Shown piece by piece: positions 35,467-47,069 of a stretch of 64,000 nucleotides of DNA. This DNA is from a virus. Lineage: Duplodnaviria > Heunggongvirae > Uroviricota > Caudoviricetes. Every line of letters begins with the position of its first letter. Positions within the stretch are counted from its first letter, which is position 1. The notes beneath the pieces are model-generated. The model was given only the letters and a program-made list of their open reading frames with translations. It was not told the origin of the DNA and did not search any database. The stretch lies in the IMG/VR virus record IMGVR_UViG_3300012925_000006. One strand, written 5' to 3'. The position numbers were made by a program, and so were the translations under genes.

Positions 35467-38400
35467 TTCTTAATGGGCTGACTAAAGGTAAACAAATAAA
35501 ATAAGTCAACTAATTGAAAATACTGATCCCCGCCCGTTCCAACAAATCGACAAATAAAGAATGTTCCGAATACTCTTTTTCCATCTAAAAGCGTCGATTG
35601 GAACAATAATTCAGGTTTTGGATTTGGGTAGCTCACCATGTTGCGCAATACCTGACTATAATATAAGTTTTCTTTTCTCTTAAAGTAGTTGCTCCCTAAA
35701 TATGAAAAGCTAAAAGGTTCATCACTATAGATAAGATCAATTAGAAATGATAAATTACAATCGAAAGATATAGATTGTAGTATTTTTACCGCCTCTATTT
35801 GCTTGTTAAAATTAACCATTAATACCGGCTCTGTTAATTGCCCGTAGAATGTCAAGAAGGATACATTCCCTTTATTGTGTGTATATGGTTTACCGGCTGC
35901 GTAAGTGATCATTTCTAATCCAGTAGCATTCCCCATTATCGTTCCAAAAGATTCAGGTGTAAAATTTGCGCATGGTATCCATCTTTTTGAATCGATTGAG
36001 TATCTTACAGTTTCCTGGTATCCTAATTGCCAATTCCTTCGTTGATTAACATAAGATGAAAGGTCATTGGTATTCTGACGACGCGGCCTAAAAGTAAGAT
36101 AAATATTTTTTCTTGGAATATCAATCCCGCATATCACATCAAATCGGCTTGATTTATCATGTGTTAAATTCCAATTAGTTATAAACTGCGTCTTTTTAGT
36201 CAGGAATGCTTTGATACCAAATTTACGACCTTCTTGATCTGTAATATCCGATATGTCATTAGCAGACGAATAATTACATATTACATATGCCTCATTTTTT
36301 CGATCATACCAGAATACAAATTTATCGTATATTATTAGGGTCCCAGTATCTTCGGCAGCCATCCCGTAAATGTCACCTACTTTTTGAGAGGGAGTGCTTA
36401 ACCCATTATCCAAATTAACTACCATTACTCCCTGAGCATTTGGATAGGTAAAATGGTAATCGAATGTGGTAGTGAACCAATCATTTTCACAAACAAATAA
36501 AATTATGTTCCCGGTAGAAATTAAAGCCAATATGCCTCCAAAATTGTTTTTACTAAAATCTTTTCTGTTGGCACTCGAAAAAGTACCCAATCCGTTTACT
36601 GTACCTCCTGTAATAAAAGCATTGGATCGGATAACATCGTCTTTGTATATTAGCTGCTTGGCATCATCATTTTTTGTCAGTTGTCTACCACCACTAGTTA
36701 TGTTTGCCCCAAAGGTATCGCTGATATTAGGCGATTCGAATGGATGGGAAAAGAATTTGTCCCCGACCAATGGTATGGTGATATTTCGGGAGAATAAATA
36801 AGTATCCCAGAAATTAATATCTATCGAAGTTGGGTAATTATAAAAAGGTTGCCCATTACTATACCCTCCAAAATCAGCAATTTCTCCGTTCACAATCGGC
36901 TTCCATTCTAATTCATTGAAAGGAATTTCAGTTTCTGCACTCTGTTGGGAAGGAGTATATATTTCAATCCAAAATCCTGTATTCCCTATTATATTATCTA
37001 ATCTGGCATCATACCGGACATAAAAGGTTATATTTATAGAATTTTGAACTGTTGCAATCGTCGTTATTGAAGGCGTATCAGCAGTATTGACCGTAGTTGT
37101 ATTTGTGACATTATTATTAATGGTCGGATTGGTGTTAGTGTTGGGAATGATCCCGGCTGCCATAGCTGCCTGATTATAATTAGTCCCCAATATCTGCAAG
37201 TCTAAAGGATCTCCAAAACCGGCAATATCGAATAATTGTCCATTCCCATCATCCAATATTCTTAATCTATCTTCCGGTGTAAACTGATAAGATGCTAGTA
37301 AAGAAAAATTCCTACTGACATTGTTATTATACAGGGACTGAATGGATATACTACAAAAAACGGCACTTGCCACATCACTAACAACTCCTCCATTATTATC
37401 AATGTATTGAATACTGTCTCCTACCCATTGAATATATTTTTGAATATTTAATTGAGGCGATACGTATGGAGCAAACCACTTCATATCTGGATCAAAATTC
37501 AGAGGTCCATTAACCAATAATCTAAAAAACGTTGCCAATGTATCATTTCTCACCAAAAATGAAGGAACAGTGGTATCTTTTATAACATTAACAAATGTTA
37601 ATCTTCCTGCCAAATCAGCCGCTACTATTCCAATAGAATAAGCTCCATACTCTTTAACGCTGTACTGCGTTCCTCCCTGTGCATTTACTCCCAATATTAA
37701 AGGGATAGGATATACTCTTTTGTTGCAATTAGTACAAGCTACCAAGGATTCATTATAATGAAATAATGGCACTTGACCACAATTAGAAATTGTAATTAAA
37801 AAGTTACCTCCTGCGTTCACATAGACATTACTGGAACGTATAACATTTAATCCGTTGTGAATAACCAATTCAAAAGTTCCATCTGATTTTGTAAGGACAG
37901 TAGTGCCATCCACTATATTTATGGCAACATTTGAATAATTAATAGTTCCATCAAGGCTAGTTATTTTTCCGGTATATAAAACTCTATTACAGTCTCCTAT
38001 AACCCCTCCATTATGATCCGATAAATAAGCCGGGGGATTGGGCCTCCATCCGGAACCTGATTGGCTTGTCGGAACTACAAAAGAAGAGGGAGCGCAATTT
38101 ATATTACCAGTAAACTTAATATCCTCTACATTCGAATTAGCAGCCTTGGTATAGGCAAAATAAAAACCGTTGTGGTCGGTATATGTTCCCGAATCATCAG
38201 CCGCCCTTCCTGATAGTGTATACGGGAAAAATTCAACCCCTAAAGGACTACTGGGCGATTCTTCTAAATATCCCTCAATAAAACGAAATCTTTTATTCCC
38301 ATTATTAGTTCGATAAGGGCAATAAACATAAAATAAATCTTGACCGTTCCCCCATACGTCAATGTCATTATTCGTACAATCCAACTCCATTTCCTTCGAA

Positions 38401-40220
38401 TAAGTCACTATTGCCGTTGGCCTAACTACTCTTATATTAATAAAAGGAGTTGCGCTTCTGGAATTGGCAATTCCCTCAATATATGTGCTTGTATTCCTGT
38501 AATCGCCACTACTTGCCACGTTGTGCCTTCCTAAAGTAGCAACATATCTCCCAGCCGGTACTATCAAATCAAATACGCATACAAAATATCCCAAAGATGT
38601 ATACACATTTTGCACAAAGGTCAATACATCGGAGTTGCTAAAATCCAATGGATCTACTATCTTAACTAAACTATTATCGTTATTCACCTGATACCATGTC
38701 CCGTCTGCATAATATGGCGTTCCTTTTAGATAGCATCTAAATCCTCTTTTATCTGCAAAATCAAGATCAAATTGCTTACTCTCGCTAACGGCAAATGTTG
38801 CTACTTCACCGGGTCCATTAGAGGTAGATCCGAATCTTATTGTAGTGTCTTGCCCTACATAATATCCAACTTGAGAGATATAGGCAAAGTCATCCTGGCA
38901 TCTTGCCACATAAGCATATAATCTTATTTTTCTAAGGGGAACAGGACAAACGGCATTAGTCTTTTCAACTACTACTGCATCTAAGTTTCCTGTTATCCTA
39001 CAAGAAAAATTATCATATCCATAACGGTTGTTTCCTAGCAAAGCCGCATTACCCATATCGGTAAACCCATGACTCGTTTGAGGAAGATCATTCTGTAATG
39101 CAACCGTATCAATTACGGGAATATCCGCTAACTTAGAATTGTCAAAAGTATACTTAATCGTATTAAATACCGGATCATACTCCATCCCCTCCCAAGCCCC
39201 ACTTCGTAACCAATAATCCGTCCCGATAACTTCCAGATCATTTATCCCGCAATTGGTATACTTATTAATTCGATCATATTTAAACCATGCACCCCATGAA
39301 ACAGTACTAGCTATCCCATAAGTATTTTTAGCTGTTTTACGAACATATAAATCTATGCTCTCTACCATGCACGATCCGGCATATAAAGTCAATAGAGCAT
39401 TTTTAGATAGAACGTCCGGACTATTCAGAAAGTCTTCTGACTTGATAATTAAAGGCAATGAATATGGAGATAAAGAAGTAGTCCTTCCGTCTGTCATATT
39501 AAAAACAATGGCAAATTGAAATCCCTGATCAACAAGCCTATTTACCTTTATCTTATCGGCATCTATATTTTTAATAGTAATGACTTGGGGATTATACATA
39601 GGTGGTCGTACGGCCCATTCTACTAATTCCCTTCTATCAAAATGAGGGGGTAATAATGCCCAATAAGGATACAAAGAAGCATCAAATCCATTCGTTTTAA
39701 GGGCTGCTATAACATTTATCCATTTCTGCCAAGAATTACCATCCGTCAATAATAGATACTTGGCTATTATATTCCCATCCTTGTCATTGACTATCCATAG
39801 TCTCACCCGGTGAGATGCAATAAAATGTTCATGATCATCTGTAAATTGTAATGAAGGGTCTTCAATTACTTTAGTCCATAATCCAGTATTTCCGTCAAGG
39901 ATATAAATACCGAATTGCCCTTCACTATTATAATTGAATGAATAGTTTTCTTGAGTAAGTATGCTTTCAAATGATCCTATGTTTTTATTATACCCTCCTG
40001 GCAACAATACATCAGGAACAGCGACATTACTTCTGGAAGGTGTGAGAGACAAACAGTTCTGACCCTCTTGCATGGTATTATTACTGCCATTACCAAGTTC
40101 AGGATTACCATTAATGGATGATTCGACCCCCTTCATGAATATTGACTCCTCAGGGAGCATATTTTCTAAAGAGACATCTGTATTTAAAAATCTAGGTAAC
40201 TGTTTATCTTGTTGCTGCAT
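35463..40220 (-). CDS. Large virion structural protein (1585 aa), baseplate/tail-fibre-like
   Basis: Uninterrupted ORF; Asn/Thr/Ser/Gly-rich beta composition; structural-module position. Confidence 0.8.
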   Translation of the reverse strand: MQQQDKQLPRFLNTDVSLENMLPEESIFMKGVESSINGNPELGNGSNNTMQEGQNCLSLTPSRSNVAVPDVLLPGGYNKNIGSFESILTQENYSFNYNSEGQFGIYILDGNTGLWTKVIEDPSLQFTDDHEHFIASHRVRLWIVNDKDGNIIAKYLLLTDGNSWQKWINVIAALKTNGFDASLYPYWALLPPHFDRRELVEWAVRPPMYNPQVITIKNIDADKIKVNRLVDQGFQFAIVFNMTDGRTTSLSPYSLPLIIKSEDFLNSPDVLSKNALLTLYAGSCMVESIDLYVRKTAKNTYGIASTVSWGAWFKYDRINKYTNCGINDLEVIGTDYWLRSGAWEGMEYDPVFNTIKYTFDNSKLADIPVIDTVALQNDLPQTSHGFTDMGNAALLGNNRYGYDNFSCRITGNLDAVVVEKTNAVCPVPLRKIRLYAYVARCQDDFAYISQVGYYVGQDTTIRFGSTSNGPGEVATFAVSESKQFDLDFADKRGFRCYLKGTPYYADGTWYQVNNDNSLVKIVDPLDFSNSDVLTFVQNVYTSLGYFVCVFDLIVPAGRYVATLGRHNVASSGDYRNTSTYIEGIANSRSATPFINIRVVRPTAIVTYSKEMELDCTNNDIDVWGNGQDLFYVYCPYRTNNGNKRFRFIEGYLEESPSSPLGVEFFPYTLSGRAADDSGTYTDHNGFYFAYTKAANSNVEDIKFTGNINCAPSSFVVPTSQSGSGWRPNPPAYLSDHNGGVIGDCNRVLYTGKITSLDGTINYSNVAINIVDGTTVLTKSDGTFELVIHNGLNVIRSSNVYVNAGGNFLITISNCGQVPLFHYNESLVACTNCNKRVYPIPLILGVNAQGGTQYSVKEYGAYSIGIVAADLAGRLTFVNVIKDTTVPSFLVRNDTLATFFRLLVNGPLNFDPDMKWFAPYVSPQLNIQKYIQWVGDSIQYIDNNGGVVSDVASAVFCSISIQSLYNNNVSRNFSLLASYQFTPEDRLRILDDGNGQLFDIAGFGDPLDLQILGTNYNQAAMAAGIIPNTNTNPTINNNVTNTTTVNTADTPSITTIATVQNSINITFYVRYDARLDNIIGNTGFWIEIYTPSQQSAETEIPFNELEWKPIVNGEIADFGGYSNGQPFYNYPTSIDINFWDTYLFSRNITIPLVGDKFFSHPFESPNISDTFGANITSGGRQLTKNDDAKQLIYKDDVIRSNAFITGGTVNGLGTFSSANRKDFSKNNFGGILALISTGNIILFVCENDWFTTTFDYHFTYPNAQGVMVVNLDNGLSTPSQKVGDIYGMAAEDTGTLIIYDKFVFWYDRKNEAYVICNYSSANDISDITDQEGRKFGIKAFLTKKTQFITNWNLTHDKSSRFDVICGIDIPRKNIYLTFRPRRQNTNDLSSYVNQRRNWQLGYQETVRYSIDSKRWIPCANFTPESFGTIMGNATGLEMITYAAGKPYTHNKGNVSFLTFYGQLTEPVLMVNFNKQIEAVKILQSISFDCNLSFLIDLIYSDEPFSFSYLGSNYFKRKENLYYSQVLRNMVSYPNPKPELLFQSTLLDGKRVFGTFFICRFVGTGGDQYFQLVDLFYLFTFSQPIKK

Positions 40221-40223
40221 TTA

Positions 40224-41354
40224 TTATTCAATTATCCAGTTCCGATCTCTTCTATGATCTATATACGACGGTATGTATACAGGGGGCGATAACATCATTC
40301 TCATTTCATCAATGGTATACTTGTTAAGTTCCAACAAAAGCCCCCATTTATACCTTGAATACTTTTGACAATTGATAGCAGCACTTTGCTGTTTCTTATC
40401 ATTAAACTCAGCAGCGAAACACTGTAACCCTGCCATGAATGTTTGCTTTGCCACAATAGGTATTTGCATGTCCTTTAAATCTACATCATAATACCACCGG
40501 ACCAATACTTTATCAAATCCGAAATTATGAGGAAATATTAACCTTTTACCTCCTTCCTCTATATTGTAGATATTTTTAAATTCTTTCCGGCAATGATGAT
40601 AAGAACCACATTGAACGCCAAACCATTCTAATTGAGAGCTTACAAAATATCTCCATGTGTCCACTTTTGGATCTTTACAAAATGAATTAGCATCACCACC
40701 AAAAGGAATACCATCCGTATTTTTTATCCCACAAGCATTGCATATGTTACGTTCGTTATCTTCCGTATCGCATACGCAACAATTTTCATCCACTTCAACT
40801 TTACAAAGTTTAATTGATTCTGTGTATAAAATAGTCCCAGTCCAAACATTATCTGTGTATATTCTTTTAGGATATTGAGTTTCCGAATAAAAAAACCCAT
40901 TTGAATCCACGGCCTTCCTATCTACACAAGAAAATGAAATAGGATCTCCATTGGGCAAAAAATCAGATTTAGTGGATACAATAGCCTCATACCCTTTAAT
41001 GAGATTACAGAGAGAGTATCCACATTTCTTTTCGCAGGCACAGTCTTTCATGGCATCTACCGAAACTATATCTTTATGTAGTCTATCATTACGAAATAGA
41101 GGCCATATCACACCATGATGATCAATAACGCTCACTGATGCAACATCAATGGTATTTGATGGAAGATTAATTGTATTCGTCCTCTTATTGATCTGGAATA
41201 ATTCTCTCTTAGTTTGCTTAACTGTGGTCAAATTAAGGTCAAGGAATATATCCGTTGTACAATCGAGGTATAATCCTTTATTACGTTGTAAAATATCCCC
41301 ACTTCTCAAGCAGAGACTTTTTATTATATCAACGGCTGGTTCAAATCTTGGCAT
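40224..41354 (-). CDS. Cys-rich structural-module protein (376 aa)
   Basis: Clusters CACEKKCGYSLCN and NCCVCDTEDNERNICNACG read from the translation. Confidence 0.65.
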   Translation of the reverse strand: MPRFEPAVDIIKSLCLRSGDILQRNKGLYLDCTTDIFLDLNLTTVKQTKRELFQINKRTNTINLPSNTIDVASVSVIDHHGVIWPLFRNDRLHKDIVSVDAMKDCACEKKCGYSLCNLIKGYEAIVSTKSDFLPNGDPISFSCVDRKAVDSNGFFYSETQYPKRIYTDNVWTGTILYTESIKLCKVEVDENCCVCDTEDNERNICNACGIKNTDGIPFGGDANSFCKDPKVDTWRYFVSSQLEWFGVQCGSYHHCRKEFKNIYNIEEGGKRLIFPHNFGFDKVLVRWYYDVDLKDMQIPIVAKQTFMAGLQCFAAEFNDKKQQSAAINCQKYSRYKWGLLLELNKYTIDEMRMMLSPPVYIPSYIDHRRDRNWIIE

Positions 41355-42023
41355 TTATACTAATTGTTGTTCTTGCTGTGTCAATCTATTCTTCAACTGA
41401 ATAGCCTGAGGTGTCTGGAATGAATTATCTGTTTCTTTTCCGATAAATCCGGGTATCCTTAATGTCATTCCTAATACCTGCTGTGATATATTAAACCCAA
41501 TATCCAATGGAATATTTATATCTGGTCTATCAAAAGTTGATTCTATTTCCAAACCCGTTACACATGGCGGCAAATGATATGTATTAACCCCCATCCCCTT
41601 AACCACAAAAAATTCGAAATCTGAAAACTTTGAATTACCTATATAAAAGTTCTCTTCTCCTGGTTCAACCTGTGTCAATGTATCCCCTATACTCTCATGG
41701 CATCCTACGGGATAAATGTTGGTAAAGTGTTCATTTTTAGGGAGCATATACAAATCTTCTCCGGTCAAATCGGCCCTTCTCATACCCCTACTATCTGCCG
41801 GAGAGAGAGTAAATTTCTTTATAGATAGCTCACTTGAATAAAAATAATACTCTCTTCCATCATTCATTTTCCTTGCCTCATAAGCAAGCAGGCGGGTCAT
41901 ATTTGAATATGCCATCTTAGCCATCTGTAATATATCCTGTTTTTTAAACGTAAGCCCGGCACTAGACACTCGGCCTTCATTATAAAAACGGAAAATCACT
42001 TCACTGAGCTGGGTTAATGTCAT
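41355..42023 (-). CDS. Hypothetical structural-module protein, 222 aa
   Basis: ORF track. Confidence 0.6.
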   Translation of the reverse strand: MTLTQLSEVIFRFYNEGRVSSAGLTFKKQDILQMAKMAYSNMTRLLAYEARKMNDGREYYFYSSELSIKKFTLSPADSRGMRRADLTGEDLYMLPKNEHFTNIYPVGCHESIGDTLTQVEPGEENFYIGNSKFSDFEFFVVKGMGVNTYHLPPCVTGLEIESTFDRPDINIPLDIGFNISQQVLGMTLRIPGFIGKETDNSFQTPQAIQLKNRLTQQEQQLV

Positions 42024-42397
42024 ACTTTTTTATAAAGATAATAGTTCATATAAACCAGAGAAAAAATGTCTGCAAAGAATACTGGCACTTCAACCCATTT
42101 AAACTCAAAAAAATAAATAATCAACGGCCAATAAGTTATTGCCCCATAAATACTACTCATACACTTGATGCATGTCCATAATGGTTTGGACCAATACCTA
42201 TATTTGTATTTTTCAAAAAACTTTGGCGAAACCATATATAAAATATTTCCCTGAAAATTTATCTTGTTATTTATGTCATCTTTAATTGCACTACCCTTTA
42301 AACTTTCATGAATACCATTTATCATAATAGCCTGTAAGAAGCACATCAATCCAAAACCTATTAAAAATAAAATATCAATTACTAATTGTTGCATCAT
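42020..42397 (-). CDS. Membrane protein (125 aa, several hydrophobic helices)
   Basis: Hydrophobic segments read directly. Confidence 0.5.
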   Translation of the reverse strand: MMQQLVIDILFLIGFGLMCFLQAIMINGIHESLKGSAIKDDINNKINFQGNILYMVSPKFFEKYKYRYWSKPLWTCIKCMSSIYGAITYWPLIIYFFEFKWVEVPVFFADIFSLVYMNYYLYKKV

Positions 42398-42632
42398 ACA
42401 ATTTTTCTATAAATATATTCAATTCCAGTGGTGTATAAAAGAGCATTTTACAAACTCCATTCAAGATACAGTAACCTTCGTCTTTATATTCAATCATATC
42501 TTTTATCTCAAATTCCTGTATAGGTTCGAATAACGGCCTATCTAAGTAATAAACAGATTTATATTTTTCTTCAGTAATGCAGGACCCGGCCATTAGTCCT
42601 CCCCAATCTTGTATTAATCTATACAATATCAT
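42375..42632 (-). CDS. Hypothetical protein, 85 aa
   Basis: ORF track. Confidence 0.45.
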   Translation of the reverse strand: MILYRLIQDWGGLMAGSCITEEKYKSVYYLDRPLFEPIQEFEIKDMIEYKDEGYCILNGVCKMLFYTPLELNIFIEKLYDATISN

Positions 42633-43372
42633 AATATGCCTGCCTCATTAAGAACACGGCTAAAATTAGAAATATTTTGATCACTAGAATAGGCTCCATA
42701 CAATGCCAAAACACCTCGATAAAGATATGGGAAAGCATTACTTCCCCATATACTTTCTATACTTCCTTCTTTTTTAAACAAATAAGTATCATCCGGATTT
42801 GTAAAATACGAATACAAAAAAGTAGGCTCATTCCTCACATACATGATAAAACACTTGGAAATGTCATAAGGGCAGACACGAAGCTGTTTTTTTCCAGTAA
42901 AAAATGCTACTGGTTGCTCATACGTTGGCTTATTGTATGTTGAAGTGGTAAGGTCTGCAAATTCGGATTGGTCTATTATAAGGACACTCTGAAGCCTACA
43001 CCCTCCCTTTAACATTCCTGTAGTAAAGTTCTGAGGAGTTAATGGTTCTATATCCTTGCACTGTCCATCACTTTCAGGATTAGCGAAGATCATTGGGCCT
43101 CCCAAAAGTCCTCTATAGTCTTCCGGCAATTGGACGAATCCATTTGTTGCCGGAATCATTATAGTACTTATGAATGGATCTAATACATCGATTGTTTCCT
43201 GATTTTTTGGATATTGTTTTGATAGTGAAGTAATTAAAAAGCTAGTAACCGTATTGAACATGACAGAGAAGACCGAAGGAGGCAAATCTTGGTTTGCCTC
43301 CTTGTTTATAGTCGCAAGAATTGCTTGCAGTACATTATCGAGTGTTGACTTATTAGGTTCTGTTGTAGCCAC
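42629..43372 (-). CDS. Hypothetical structural-module protein, 247 aa
   Basis: ORF track. Confidence 0.6.
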   Translation of the reverse strand: MATTEPNKSTLDNVLQAILATINKEANQDLPPSVFSVMFNTVTSFLITSLSKQYPKNQETIDVLDPFISTIMIPATNGFVQLPEDYRGLLGGPMIFANPESDGQCKDIEPLTPQNFTTGMLKGGCRLQSVLIIDQSEFADLTTSTYNKPTYEQPVAFFTGKKQLRVCPYDISKCFIMYVRNEPTFLYSYFTNPDDTYLFKKEGSIESIWGSNAFPYLYRGVLALYGAYSSDQNISNFSRVLNEAGIL

Positions 43373-43383
43373 ATTTTTTTATT

Positions 43384-46300
43384 TTAGCATCCCGTCAAAC
43401 TCCATATTATTGTTATCGAATCAGAACTTAAATAAGAATCTGATGGGAATGAATATGTTCCAGATCCAAAAGTATTTACAGAATGAGTGAACACATTATT
43501 CTTGTAAAGACATAAAGTAGCCGCAGATCCATTGCTTACTTGCACATTAATTGCTCCTGTAAATGCAGATGAATGAGTACCGAAATAATCATTTCCGGGT
43601 GTTAAAGATCCCGGAAGAGCAAATCCAGGTATGCCGGTTATGGCTAAAATATTACCAGTCCCAGAACTTGTATTATTGAATGCAACTACTAGATTAGACC
43701 CTCCACAATTACTTCCTGTCGATGAAATTACTACCCCTGTCGATGAATTAAGATTATAAATAACTCCATCTGATATATTTTCTATAAACGTATACCCAGT
43801 AACAGGAGTGGACAATGAACTATCTATATACATAGTCTGACCAATGGCAAATCCTCCATTAGTATACAATGTTATTCCCGGAGCAGAGCATATCGTACCA
43901 GAACTAGTATCCAATCTGAAAGCTCCTGCCGTTCCAGCAGAACAGTTGTTGCCGGTATTACCACCTACCACAGCAGTTCCGGAATTGATATTATATATCT
44001 GGCCGCCAGATGCTATAAATAAATGCCCTGACGCAAGAATGGTTAATCCGAGATCGGTATACATAGTAACGCCTGTTCCGAATGGTGCGCTAGAATACAA
44101 GGTCACAGGGGAATCCCCGCATATAGCATATATCACACTATCCACTAAGAAAGGTCCACTATATACAGTTGAGGATGGGACTAATACCTGCCCAACAAAT
44201 CCAACACCTCCGCAGTTATTTGTTATAAATATGTCATATGTTGAGCCGGGCATAAGACCGGTAATCACATAGGGAGGGCTGGCTGCCACATTTCCGCTTG
44301 GAGAAATTAATAAACTGCTTGTGGATATGATATAAGACGGATTACTATGTAATTTATACCTTACTGTAACTGTCTGTGAAGCAGCAGGGGTAGTAGTAAA
44401 TCCTACTCCATATATACCTATATTAGTTCCGGAGACTATACCTGAATTGATTGATGTAATATCTGGACATGTGCCGGGAATCGTACAATCAATGGCACAA
44501 TAAGCAGATTTTACGTCACTATACGTATTGATAGCAGCGATGATCCCAAGAGCAGCCTGACGACCCGTAAGTTGGGTACAATTACCCCCGACAGATGCCA
44601 TATACCAATCTGTGGTATTATTAAATGCGGCAGTCGGATTGCTGGCAAAAATAGCTTGTATTTTTGAACACGTAATCCCAGTTAATGTATTTATTCTATT
44701 TACGATATTACAAATAGCCGTAGCAATTCCGGAATTATAAACCCCCTGAGACACTGGATTTAGTCCTGTTCCTGTGTATGTTGTAGTAAAAACATTGCCG
44801 TTATAATCAAATTGGCATAATGTTAAATTAGCTCCTAAGGCAACCTGCAATGCTGTAATACCGCAAAATTTATCTATAATAGCCTGTAATACCTGAACAA
44901 GTGTTGCATTGGTGGACGAAAACTGGACCGTCAAATCTGGACCAGTAAAAGATATAGTAGAAACTGTGTTTGGATTCGAATTAGTTTGAACCAAAAGGAC
45001 AAGACTGTTAATGGACACCGAAAAAGTCCCTAAGGTGAGGCTATTTAACCAACTGGCAATACCAGATACATTGGTAGCCAATAAGCCTCCCGGAGCCGTG
45101 TATGTAGCTCCATTAATGACTATGTTAGATATCAAGGTAGAGCTATTCACCAATTGAGTAATCGTATAGTCCGATTGCGTAAGGTCAATGATACACTTCC
45201 CATCAAGTCCTTGAATACTTCCCCCTCCTGATCCTGTAATAAGAGAATTTAAAAAGGTAACCAGTGTAGGATTACCGGCAATGGTATTCAATATGGTAGT
45301 TGAAAGTTGCGTGTAATTAAAAGATAATTTATATTTAGTAACACCTGATACGCTATTGTCAAGAGTGATGGAAAAAGATGTGTCACTTGGATCGCCCTTT
45401 ACGACTTGATATATATTAGAAGAAACTGTGAATGTTTTTGTACTTCCAGACTGAGAAGGAGTAACCGTTGTTCCATTAATCCCCGTCACTACGATACTAT
45501 ATACAGACGGATTTGTCGGGTTCATCTCATTTTGATGAATGGATTTTACACCACAATCACAGTTCAATATTTTTTTGATCAATTCGGCTTCTGTAGAGGC
45601 ATCTTGACCATTTATTTCCTTGTTAATCCCCATGAACAAGGGAATGGAAATATCCTGTAATAATTGCTTGGCATTAGCTCCTTTAGCATTATCACAATTA
45701 CGTAAATATTCACTTTGTACGGATTCTATGCAGCACATCAAATCTCCCATCCTGTCTGTACAGGTAACATCGAATGGTGATGCCGTCAAATATGTTACGT
45801 CCACGTATATATCGTCTCCTAAATTATACTCTCCGACTGTAGTACAATTTATTCTATATGATCCAGTATAAATTACATTGTTGGAGAATGGAGTGCTAGT
45901 AAATGTAATGGGATCGACTGTCCCAACAGGATATGAAAGAGTTCCCGTTTTAGTTACGACATAAGGTGTTTGATTATTATAGACCAATAACGTCAACTCC
46001 TTTATGGTTAACGTATTATTTGAACAATCAGATATTAATTGAAACAATCCGGGAACAAATCCTCCATCCGTTACACCAATAGGCTGGCAAACTTTTTTAT
46101 AAATAGGAGTAGTTTGGTAAATAGATCCATTTGCATCTTTAATGGCCCCAATAATCTGATATTTCTGAAATAAAAATGCGAAATTAACGTTACTTAAATC
46201 AAGAGAATACGTTGTAGTAGTGCTTGGATTTGGTATCTGAGGGGCCGTAAAATCAATGGCAGATAATATCACTCCGTCTTGATCAATTAGAGAGAAACTA

Positions 46301-46440
46301 ACGCCTAGTGTAGATCCCCCACCGCCACCCTGATAGGTAGAAGCCGAAATATCAAACAGCATATATCTCTGATAAATATTCAGAGTTGCTTTAAAAGAAA
46401 AAGTACCTATATTCCCACTATTTACAACGATTGATGGCAT
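43384..46440 (-). CDS. Large virion structural protein (1018 aa), Thr/Ser/Gly/Asn-rich, tail/fibre-like
   Basis: Uninterrupted ORF; composition typical of beta-rich fibre proteins. Confidence 0.8.
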   Translation of the reverse strand: MPSIVVNSGNIGTFSFKATLNIYQRYMLFDISASTYQGGGGGSTLGVSFSLIDQDGVILSAIDFTAPQIPNPSTTTTYSLDLSNVNFAFLFQKYQIIGAIKDANGSIYQTTPIYKKVCQPIGVTDGGFVPGLFQLISDCSNNTLTIKELTLLVYNNQTPYVVTKTGTLSYPVGTVDPITFTSTPFSNNVIYTGSYRINCTTVGEYNLGDDIYVDVTYLTASPFDVTCTDRMGDLMCCIESVQSEYLRNCDNAKGANAKQLLQDISIPLFMGINKEINGQDASTEAELIKKILNCDCGVKSIHQNEMNPTNPSVYSIVVTGINGTTVTPSQSGSTKTFTVSSNIYQVVKGDPSDTSFSITLDNSVSGVTKYKLSFNYTQLSTTILNTIAGNPTLVTFLNSLITGSGGGSIQGLDGKCIIDLTQSDYTITQLVNSSTLISNIVINGATYTAPGGLLATNVSGIASWLNSLTLGTFSVSINSLVLLVQTNSNPNTVSTISFTGPDLTVQFSSTNATLVQVLQAIIDKFCGITALQVALGANLTLCQFDYNGNVFTTTYTGTGLNPVSQGVYNSGIATAICNIVNRINTLTGITCSKIQAIFASNPTAAFNNTTDWYMASVGGNCTQLTGRQAALGIIAAINTYSDVKSAYCAIDCTIPGTCPDITSINSGIVSGTNIGIYGVGFTTTPAASQTVTVRYKLHSNPSYIISTSSLLISPSGNVAASPPYVITGLMPGSTYDIFITNNCGGVGFVGQVLVPSSTVYSGPFLVDSVIYAICGDSPVTLYSSAPFGTGVTMYTDLGLTILASGHLFIASGGQIYNINSGTAVVGGNTGNNCSAGTAGAFRLDTSSGTICSAPGITLYTNGGFAIGQTMYIDSSLSTPVTGYTFIENISDGVIYNLNSSTGVVISSTGSNCGGSNLVVAFNNTSSGTGNILAITGIPGFALPGSLTPGNDYFGTHSSAFTGAINVQVSNGSAATLCLYKNNVFTHSVNTFGSGTYSFPSDSYLSSDSITIIWSLTGC

Positions 46441-47069
46441 TTCATTTTATTATTAAAATGATGATATACTTGTTCAAAACTTTCTCCTTTATTTATCCTA
46501 TACGAGATTGCACCATGATTAACTCCAAACTTATCAGCCCAATCCTTTACAACCATCTTAACTCCTAAATATTCAAACCATACGTTACTCCGTCTATTTC
46601 TTGTTTGCTGACCTGCTGTACCCCATCTACAATTACTCCGCTCATAATTACCATCTTCGTTATTCGGGAACCTATCTAAACTATGCCCTAAACTTGGCCT
46701 TGGTCCCATATCAGAAAAGAAGTTTTCAAAACTATTCTTCCATCTATCACAAACTTTTATTCCCCGACCTCCATAATTATTATATTCAATATCATTCTCA
46801 TTAGTGCATCTTTTATTCATTAAAGACCAAATATTATACTCTGAGGTAGATGTCATACCGTGAGTCCTATTTAATTTTTTTATAAATTCGTTTCTCAGGC
46901 ATCCACATGATTTTGTTGCTCCTTTTTTAAGATCTCTCCCAATTACCTCCTTATTGATCCCACACTCACATTTGCATAACCAATAAACCTTACCATTCTT
47001 GGACGCTCCTTCTCCTATAACCAATAATCTTCCATATTTCTTCCCCACTAAATCTATTTTCCTACTCAT
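46422..47069 (-). CDS. HNH-family homing-endonuclease-like protein (215 aa), paralog 2 of 3
   Basis: Block YNIWSLMNKRCTN..YNNYGGRGIKVCDRWKNSFENFFSDMGPRPSLGHSLDRFPNNEDGNYERSNCRWGT shared with the other two paralogs. Confidence 0.65.
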   Translation of the reverse strand: MSRKIDLVGKKYGRLLVIGEGASKNGKVYWLCKCECGINKEVIGRDLKKGATKSCGCLRNEFIKKLNRTHGMTSTSEYNIWSLMNKRCTNENDIEYNNYGGRGIKVCDRWKNSFENFFSDMGPRPSLGHSLDRFPNNEDGNYERSNCRWGTAGQQTRNRRSNVWFEYLGVKMVVKDWADKFGVNHGAISYRINKGESFEQVYHHFNNKMKCHQSL

